33,048 bases of DNA from Rhizodiscina lignyota. Lineage: Eukaryota. A model generated the notes under the pieces. That model had not been told where the DNA came from. It saw only the letters and a program-made list of their open reading frames with translations, and made no database searches. Both the position numbers and the translations under genes were made by a program. Positions 24,852 through 33,048 of the stretch are shown piece after piece. Within the stretch, counting starts at the first letter, position 1; every line of letters starts with the position of its first letter. The stretch covers positions 4,030,001 through 4,063,048 of the forward strand of contig ML978121.1 in the NCBI GenBank assembly GCA_010015805.1, in the 5' to 3' direction.

Positions 24852-25136
24852 ATCATACCTCGGTATAGAAAGCGACGGCGGGAAGCTGCTAGGTGCAAGT
24901 CACTCCTCTCCGAGGAAGGATGTAAAAGGGCGATCGAATATGTCGAGTATAAATAACCGGGTATGATAGCTAATCGGACACACAAATACTGGCTCGTTTA
25001 GGTATGATAAAAGGCAGCCCTATGCGTCACGAACTTAAACCCAGGTTTATGTGCAAGCCTTATCCTTCGTATCCTCATCTACACCTTAGGTCGTATCATA
25101 CCCAGCTTTGCAAATGCTACTTCCGATCAACGTCGC

Positions 25137-27525
25137 CTATTGCGTACCAGAGTCTTGCACGAAGGTGGTACCAAAGAATCCGGGATCATAAACCAGATCC
25201 TGTCCCGCAAAGAAGTTGACGGAAGATGCAGACTCCATAAGCAATCCTTCCATATCAGCAAAGTTCAGACCCATCAGCGACTCTAAACTCCCTTGCTCCT
25301 GCTCCGTAGCCAATTGAGTTTGGCCCGTGAGTAGGTCATCGATAGAGGGCGTCGGTCTTGTCCCATGCCAGCCTGCAGGATATGGACAAGTGCTTGCAGG
25401 TATAGGAGATTCGAGCAGATCAAGTCGTGAACCAAGAACGCGGATTCGCTCCCAGAGGCAGCGACTCTGCCGAGATGATTCTGCTCGGTTGCGCAGCAAA
25501 TTTAGGCAGGCTTTGGCAATGGACTGAGCTTTCAGATACGTCGCTGGCGCCATGGAGAGTGGTCTTTTGACCAGAGATGGCGACTCCAAGTGCGAGAGAT
25601 TCAGTGATATGGCGAGAAGTAAGAGGCCTAGCGCTGCGATGAGAAAGTAGTTGGACCTGGACTTCTCAAAGCCGCATGTCGTGGGCAAGCTGTCCATTGT
25701 AGCCAGCAGCTCGCCTATATCAGCTGCCACTTGGACGGAAGAGTCCCAGATGTCTGCCGGAGCACTGTCCTGGATATCATCCCCTAAGAGAAGACAGCGC
25801 AAGATGACGATACGCAGGTTGTTGGCCCGGAGATGAAAGATGGTCCGGAGTCGCTGGTTCCACATCTCTGTCCTCTCGCTAGCTGACGGAAACAGAAAAT
25901 CGGTCTCGATCATTTTGCACCACTCGTCTAGACGATACTGGAAATAGGAAAGTGCCTCTTGACTGCTGCTAGATCCAGTCTGGCGGGTGAGACTCTCATG
26001 AAGCAGCGAGCCACATGCCTGCGCACCGATCTGAGCGTATTTCACCATGCCCTCCAGGTAGGGAGCTTTGGTCTGGATAGGATGCCGTCTGTTAGCAGAA
26101 CTCTAGATGCATAGTGAGACACAACACGCACCGGCCTCGGAAAGCAGGGGTCGAGGCGGAGGTAGAGATCACGGGTCGCGGTAGTGAGGCCTAGAGCATA
26201 GCTGATTTGTTGGTCCAGCACGAAAACAGTCCATATGGTATTGACTGCTTGCGATCGCGTCATCTTATCTGGAAAGGACCGGTTGAGGACGATTTCGCGA
26301 TTTAGACCCAACTCGAGGACTAGCCTTGCCACGTTGCCCAACAAACGCCAGGATAGCCGCCAGTTGTTCGCATAGTAATGGAACAGGCTCTGCGATTCTG
26401 TCAGGTCAGCCCGCTCATTGACTCAAGCTTAGAGCCAGGACGGTATGGCTTACCATCAGAGCCAAAATAGTTAATCCCTCAAGATCGACCGTAGCATTCC
26501 AGATCATGGACTCGATGTCTGGCCATAGGTTTTTGTGGAGGCTCCGTACGAGGTCTGAGCCATTATCGTCATCGACGGCCAAAGCAATGGCGACGATGAT
26601 GTGGAGTGTTGCGAGATCATTGGGATGTAGCCGAGCGCATCTGCCAATACCATGACTCTCACCGGCATCGGCATTGAGCGAGCATACGTCCCGCACTCGC
26701 TGTGCCATGTAAGAGGCATCAACCATTGGATACATCATGCCCGCCAAGTCCTCATATTTGAAGACAAGGCGTAGGATCTCCTCGCAGTCCAAGGCATCTA
26801 AAGGATGAACTGGCGGGTCCGAAAAAGTATCTGACAGACTCCTTGAGGAAGGCCTGCCCGTGACGTCTTCGGCCTGGACGTCCGCTATGTCGTCGGCCAC
26901 ATCGTCGACAATCTCGCCGTTCAAGATCGAGAAGCACGTGGGTGGCGTGCTTGAGTTGTTAGTCTCCTCCGACAGCCCCAGAGCCGTAGCGGAGTGTCCT
27001 GTGCCCTTCAGATTCGCGTCAACTACACGAATGGGGAAAAATGCGCTGGTCGAGCTCTGGAACAGCGGCAGCGGTTCGGCAACTGGAGACTGGACGTAGT
27101 TAACCTTCGACGAGGGGTGATGTCCGCGTTGCAACTGCTCAAGCGCCGAGATGCGCTCAAGCACCATATCAAGCTTGCGATTCTGTTGCTGAAATAGCGT
27201 CGCGAGGTGGCGGGCACCCTTGACTCTAAGGTATCCACCCGTCAGTAGAATATCCGCATTCGCACTCGATAGTCTTGATATACTCGAGCTGATTGCCATG
27301 CGAGGACTCTTGCGAGAAGCGTTGACCGGTGTAATGACAACCGCTTGAGTCCCGCTGGATGCAATACGAACAGGGCATTGCCCCGTTGCAGCGGACTTTG
27401 GAAGCCCTACACCGATCACAGGCGTGCGTGACGTAGCGATCCCGCTTTCGGGCGGCCGTTCTCGGGCTATTATTCATGCCAGCTTTGCTGGTTAAAGAGG
27501 CGGACTCTCGCCCCGGTCTAGGCAT
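25137..27525 (-). CDS. Zn(II)2Cys6 transcription factor with fungal-specific middle domain; probable introns 27283-27226, 26453-26390, 26131-26073
   Basis: 'ACDRCRASKVRCNGAMPCSYCIQRDSSGC', 'MYPMVD', 'ARLVLELGLNR', 'WTVFVLDQQISYALG'. The first donor position is uncertain (GTATAT at 27283 or GTGCGA 18 nt further). Confidence 0.9.
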
Positions 27526-27661
27526 GGCGACAGTAGCAGTTCAGTTAAACTTCTAATGTTTCTGTATCGGAATGGGTAGTTAAAGAATAAGCGACAGCTT
27601 ATTGGATTTGGACGCTACTGCACTACTAATTTCATATCCTAGGAGAGAACCCCGCTGGCTC

Positions 27662-27672
27662 CGGGACTTCCG
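27662..27672. promoter_or_regulatory. Candidate autoregulatory site CGGGACTTCCG upstream of the Zn2Cys6 gene
   Basis: One mismatch to CGGAACTTCCG, ~140 bp upstream of the ATG at 27525. Confidence 0.45.
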
Positions 27673-27792
27673 TGCAGCTAAAGCCAGTAAAATAAGTGTA
27701 TGCTAAAGTGACAACGCTTACTAACTCTACCTTATGCAATATGAATAGTCCCTGTGCCTACACGCGTTGCTTCGTATTAGGGGTAAGGGCAA

Positions 27793-27818
27793 TGTCACGT
27801 GATCGGGGTCACGTGACA
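27793..27818. repeat. Perfect inverted repeat TGTCACGTGA-tcgggg-TCACGTGACA
   Basis: 10-bp arms with a 6-bp asymmetric spacer, at the transition to RIP-mutated DNA. Confidence 0.9.
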
Positions 27819-27874
27819 GGCTTAGTTATAATGTATGTAACGTGAATAGGATATTAAATTTATTAAGTATATGC

Positions 27875-27960
27875 TTATTTAGTACTTATACGCCTATTTA
27901 TTTAGTACTTATATACCTACTTATTTAGTACTTATATACCTATTTATTTAGTACTTATAC
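27875..27960 (+). repeat. ~3.7 tandem copies of a 23-bp unit (TTATTTAGTACTTATAYRCCTAY)
   Basis: Units start at 27875, 27898, 27921 and 27944. Confidence 0.9.
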
Positions 27961-28522
27961 CCTAATACATTAGGTTCGTAGATCTTACGCTGTAGCTCTA
28001 ATTCTTTAGGTAGTTATCGATAAGCGTACGGGCCCGCCCTCTCGTAATCCTATATGGCTCCGTTTCGCGACTATATACTATAGCTCTATTTCCTTTCCTT
28101 CTTAGCAGAGTTAATATAATATAGCGTAGTTATATACATAAGCGCGCGTAGGCGGGCGTAAGTATATATAAGTATATATAAGTCTATAAGAGTTTTTTTT
28201 TTTATAGTAAAGGCGGATAGTAGGGTACGCGAGCGCGCGTAGCTACAGACTAACTAGTGCATACTAACTACTATGTGCGTGTACGTGTACGTGTGCATGT
28301 ATATGCGCTAACCTAATACCTAGGTTCGCGCTAGTTATAGTAAAACCAGCTTTTTTTTTTTAGTATAGGTAGGGGTCGCTAGTACGGGCTACCTCTCTTA
28401 AAACTAGCCTTTTAGATCTCCGGTAAAACTAGTACTACTTAAAAAAAAACGCGTATTTATTTACATCTATAACAATAAGTACGTATATTATAACTATTAG
28501 CGATAATAGCAACAATAATAGC

Positions 28523-31356
28523 ATGCTTAGTCTATCGCCCTTCTTATAGTTTATAGAGCTATATAAGGTAGTCGTGTATATAGAGCATAGTAGCTGCTAT
28601 ACCCTCGTAACCCTTGACTAGCACTTATAAGACCTATACTACGTCTTAAAAAAGGATAGAGACTGCCTTACCTAGTATCTTAGGGCTTAGGGCTTAGTAG
28701 GCTACGATATTAACGCTATCTAGCCGGAAGACGGAGCGCTACTAGTACCTAGTCTAGTAGTATATAAGGGCTATTAATACTTATAGTACTACTTTCACTC
28801 TATTAATATTACTAACACATGTAAGTACTACTTTAGGGCGTATAGAGCGAAGCTAAGCCGCGGCTATCGCTGTTAGGATAATAAGTAGCTATAGTAATAG
28901 CTATACGAGCGCGTTATACTATAGACCTTATAGGTAAAATAGAATCGTATCGTCTATTTTAAGGTTTCTGCCTATTACAGCTATATTAACAATAATAGCG
29001 CTACTAATAATAGTATTAGCCTTAATAGCCCTAGTAATAGTAGTAGCAACTAGGATAGTATTACTACGAGATACTAATAGGCCTAGTAGAAATGGCTTAA
29101 GTAGTATAGTAAGGCGCTATAGGAGTAAGAGTATATGTTAGAGGCGACGCTATAGCTAAAGGCGATAAGGTATTATAGCTATCTCTAGAGGCTGCTAATC
29201 GACGAGCTACTAGTATCGTATAAGCTAGCTAGTATAGTAGCAGAGCTAGAGCTAGCTATAGTATACGATAGTATCGATAGGCTGCTAAGGTAAGGCCTTA
29301 ACCTTCTTAAAGGTAGTAGCTAAGAGCGGTAGTAGCTAACTAAGCTTAATACTAGGCTACTAAACACCTCCTACGCGGCGGAAATCTCGTAGGATCCTAT
29401 TACGCTACTATAGAATAAGTAGTTAAGGTAGCGCTATATAAGCATATAGTAAAAGCTTACCTACTACTTCTATAGGGTTAGGGTAATTAGAGACGGGTAG
29501 CTAGCGATAGTAAAGGCGGCGAGGGTAGAAAGAGTTGTTAAGGGTAAAAAGGAGAGTAGGATTAAGGGTAAGACTAAAAGTAAAGATAAAAGCGAGAGTA
29601 GGAGTAAGAGTAAGGGTAAGAGTAAGAGAGGGGAGCTACTATTTACTACTATACAATAGTAGTAGTAGTATTTTAAAAGGGCTTAGGAAGGCGTATAGTA
29701 GGTACTATTATTTAATATAAAAGTAAAGGGTAAGGAGAAGGAGAAGGATAAGAGTAGGAAGGTAAAGGAAAGAAGGCAGCTAGTAGTAAAAGACAGAAGA
29801 AGAGAGGCGTGTAAAGGTAGCGCTTAATAATACTATACTCGACTTTAGTATCTTACTAATATAGTAGTACCTTAAGTAGCGCGTCTTCGACTTAGCTATA
29901 GTCTTATTCGTAGCTGTTATCGCCTAGAATAGGGGCTAGAAGGCGTAGATAAGGGTTAGTAACTATATAAGCTACCTCTTACAGCTTATCTATAATAGCT
30001 AGCTACTTACGCTACTATACTACATATAGCTTATTAACCTAGGCGTCCTAAGCAGCCTTAGCAGCTAGATTATCGCCTTCTAAGACGAGTAGCTACTTAA
30101 TAACACGCCTAGGCCGGTTAGGGAGCTAAGCTCGACGCGGCTACTTAGGTTTAAGATTACGCGTAATACTGTTAACTAGGCGTAGGTACGCTAGCACGCC
30201 GACGAGGAGACGATTGTCTATAGGGATATATAGCTTTAGATAGGATAGATTAGGGCGCTAATTAGGCATAAGCTAGTAGCGGCGAGCGTAGTACTATATA
30301 AGGACCTCTACTTTAGGCTAGTAGAAGAGGAGGCTAAGGCTAAGGCCGGTATTATTCCTAAGATAGGTAAGCTAGTCGATAACTAGGATACCGCCTCTCC
30401 TAGGGCATCGTTCCTTACTAATACAAGGAACGAGACGCTACTATAGACTGCGTAGTACCTCCTACTTAAGCAGCTAAAGGTCTAGCCCGAGAAGATAAGA
30501 CTACTATTTTATACGACTATAGGTAATAGCCCTAGGCCCTAGCGGCTAGATAGCGCTACTATAGTATAGTATAAGGACGCGGTATAGCGCTTCCTCGAGT
30601 ACATTCTCGTCCTCCTCTACATTAGGTCTAGCTAGCTAGTAAGGCGGCTAGAGCTACTCGGGCTACGCTAGTACAATCAGCAGGCGGACAAGCGCAACCT
30701 ATTTATATATAATAGCTACCTAGTCTTCGTACTAACCTACTACAAGTCGCTTAATATAACTAACGCCTTAAGGTTCCCGGCGCGCTTCCTACTACTATAG
30801 GCCGGCGAGCTACTCCTACGCTTCCTCGCGCTAGTATAGCCGTTTAGGAGGTAGCTGTTAGCCGAGACCGGAGTGCTACCGGTAGTAAGCGAGTATCTCT
30901 AGCATAGTAGGCGGTCGTACTAGTCCGAGGAGAGGATAACGAAGGTACTCGCTATAGAGTCGCTACAGGCGATCGGGGTAGGGCTAACGGTACGGGCCTA
31001 GAGGCAGCTAGTAGTAGGTATTACAATTAAGAAGTTCGCCGGCTAGGGCTACTAGCTTAACATCGACCGGGCGAGTAACGGGCAGGCTAGCGCCGAGCGT
31101 GAGGGCGCTAGAGGTATAAGCGGAGCTAGCATATCTGAGGCGCTCTACTAGTAGGCCTCGCACACGCCGCGGATGGGTAATAGCACCTATAGCAGCATAG
31201 TCAACTTCTAGGCGGGCCTAACTGACGCCGGCCTATAGGAGTACCTTAGGGCGAGCTAGATATAGCACGCTCTAGTGCTTAGTAGAGGCGTAGGGGCGGT
31301 AGGAGGAGCTATAGACGTTGCTGCTATAGGTATCGCTACTACCGCTACTACTACTG

Positions 31357-31389
<33 letters not shown>

Positions 31390-33000
31390 TAGGCCGAAAG
31401 CGGGCTAGGCAGTACTCCGCAGACGACCGGCTGCCTCTTACGAAGCGAATCGCACTACGTAGAGGGCGGGGGCCGGGGCGGAATGCTACTAGTAGCTATA
31501 AAAGGGTCTAGAGCGAATAGGAGGCGCTCTAGGCACTACAATAGATGTATAGGCCTCGTGCCGGCTACTAGTCGGAGGCGCAGGCGGTAGCGGTACGCGC
31601 GGTCGTTAATAATAGGCTAAAGGTCGTCGCGGTCCTTAGGACGGGAGAGGGGAAGAGCCTACTATTTATGCTGCCGGCGCGCCTGCCTAGGGCTAGTACG
31701 ATAGTACTAGTAGTACCTCTTATCGCGCTAAAGCATAACGTTATGCGGCGGTACAGGCTAATAGGGGTCGAGTATAGCGTATAGGCTAGGGCTTAGGGGG
31801 AGCCTCCTAAGCCTAGCTACCTGCTAGTTGTAGTATCCCTAGACTAGGCCGTACTTAAGCCCTTCCTCGCGTATGTGTACCGCATCGACGCTAAGGGCAG
31901 CCTCAGTTAGGTAGTACTAGACGAGGCCTACCTAGTCTATATAGTAGCCGACTACAGGAAGAAGATAGGGCTAGCGAAGCAGCTACGGGCGCTATAGTAC
32001 TAGCTTATATGTCTATTAGCTATACTACCGCTAGCGACGGAGGGCGACCTAGCTAAGGCGCTACTACTACAGCAGCTAACGGTCGTAAGGTCGGCGACGG
32101 CGAGAGGGGACTTAGAGTACTACGTTATCGAGCTAGACAGCCTATAAGGGTTAGTAGCAGCTAGCAGAAGTAGCCTAATAGCAAGCGTAGTAGTATAGAT
32201 TAAGGCGGCGCTAGGGTAGGACTAGTTTAACGAGGGCGGGTATGGGCTAGCGCGGGCGATCGTATACTATAGGACCTAGAGCGAGGCTAATAGGGCAGTA
32301 GAGGCGATTAGCTATCCGGCGTACTACTTAGACTCTAGTATAGAAGAAGAGAAGGCGGCCGTCCTTAGGGACTAGCTAGAGGGCCGTCGGTCGGTAGTAC
32401 TAGCGGCGACGAGCGCCTTTAGGGCCGGCATCGACTATAGCTACGTACGGGCGGTCTTCTACATCGGCGAGCCGCGTAGCATAGTAGAGTTTGCGTAGGA
32501 GGTCGGTAGGGCGGGTAGGGATAGTAGTAGTAGGGTCTGCGCTGTCTTCCTCGCGGTAGGGTAGCGGCGGTAGGCGCGGTAGGCGCGGTAGGCGCGGTAG
32601 GAGGGTAGTAGTAGTAGTAGTAGTAGTAGTAGATATTTAGTAGAGGAGCTAGCGCTAGAGGGCGTAAAGGTGATAGCTCGCTATCTAGACTAGCCGCGGT
32701 GCCGGCTAGCAGTACTAAGCGAGTTCCTAGATAGTAAGGCGTGGGGCTACGGCCGGGAGGAGATAGCGTGCAATTGATACTCGAAGCTAGGGCTATATAA
32801 GGAAGGAGAGGGCGGGGGGGGAGACGGTAAAGGTAGAGAAGACAGAAGGGAAGAGAGAGAGGAGATAGGGGAGATAGAGGAGGGTAGGAATAGAAAAGAG
32901 GAGGAGGAGGAGGAGGAGGAGGAGGAGGAGGTGAGAAAGAAGGGCGGCGGCGGCGCGGCGATACTAGCACAATATAACAAAGACAGGGCGATAGAGCTAA
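28523..33000 (+). pseudogene. RIP-destroyed gene: DUF3505-like Cys/His domain + tyrosine-recombinase-like domain + RecQ (SF2) helicase + RecQ Zn module
   Basis: Helicase motifs all lie in one frame: TGEGKS (31641), DEA[H>Y] (31920), ATSAF.AGID (~32406), [Q]EVGRAGRD (32496), CR..L..FLD (32700). N-terminal 'VVV[C]IEHSSCY...HL' and 'KGY..[C]'. Stops are TAG/TAA, as expected from CAG/CAA/TGG. One frame change at ~29720-29800. Confidence 0.88.
32567..32930 (+). repeat. Low-complexity coding repeats in the relic gene: (GCGGTAGGC)x~4, (AGT)n, (GAG)11
   Basis: Directly visible. In the helicase frame they read as V-G-A repeats, Ser (probably RIP-mutated Gly) and poly-Glu linkers. Confidence 0.8.
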
Positions 33001-33048
33001 CTCGTGCCACACGACCGGTTCGAGTCGAACCGATTTGAACCTGCTAAC

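Larger units (their letters stand above)
27793..33000 (+). mobile_element. RIP-inactivated repeated element carrying a telomere-linked-helicase-like gene (right end not defined in the window)
   Basis: Abrupt TpA/TAG enrichment and CpA/TpG depletion, subterminal repeats and a relic recombinase/helicase gene. RIP implies it was duplicated or multicopy. The left boundary is approximate. Confidence 0.75.

Noticed and set aside
27875..27960. CRISPR-like array
   Set aside because: Head-to-tail repeats without spacers, in eukaryotic DNA.
28680..29482. TTAGGG-like strings (28680-28697, ~29473-29483) as interstitial telomere repeats
   Set aside because: They lie inside the relic reading frame and are readily produced by RIP mutations.
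30600..31200. Starship captain (DUF3435) assignment
   Set aside because: The recombinase-like region is internal, between a DUF3505-like domain and RecQ in one polypeptide, unlike captain architecture. An HMM search is needed to exclude it formally.
32419..33012. Minus-strand Pro/Tyr-rich ORFs (and + ORF 29535-29720)
   Set aside because: Artefacts of low-complexity RIP-mutated repeats in the helicase pseudogene.

Overview
Filamentous ascomycete (Pezizomycotina) DNA with GT-AG introns, CTRAY branch points and RIP. From 1 to ~27.5 kb it is gene-dense: alpha/beta hydrolase, DUF7053-like protein, GH28 exo-polygalacturonase, class II hydrophobin, AKR7-type aldo-keto reductase, EI24/Lds-Rrt8 membrane protein, DUF4185-like secreted protein, 2OG-Fe(II) dioxygenase and NmrA-like oxidoreductase. 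These are followed by an apparent detoxification cluster (P450 reductase, GST, cytochrome P450, Zn2Cys6 regulator) whose promoters share a CGG-N5-CCG motif. The reductase has lost its 5' flavodoxin part, and an internal, intron-bearing GH106 gene fragment sits in its place. From ~27.8 kb to the end lies a heavily RIP-mutated element. Manual reversal of RIP shows one large gene: DUF3505-like Zn domain, then a tyrosine-recombinase-like region (R-K-R-H-Y), then a RecQ helicase (telomere-linked-helicase type). At its left border are a 10-6-10 inverted repeat and 23-bp tandem repeats. This candidate recombinase-helicase mobile element is the most interesting feature. All family calls come from motif recognition by eye; no searches were run.
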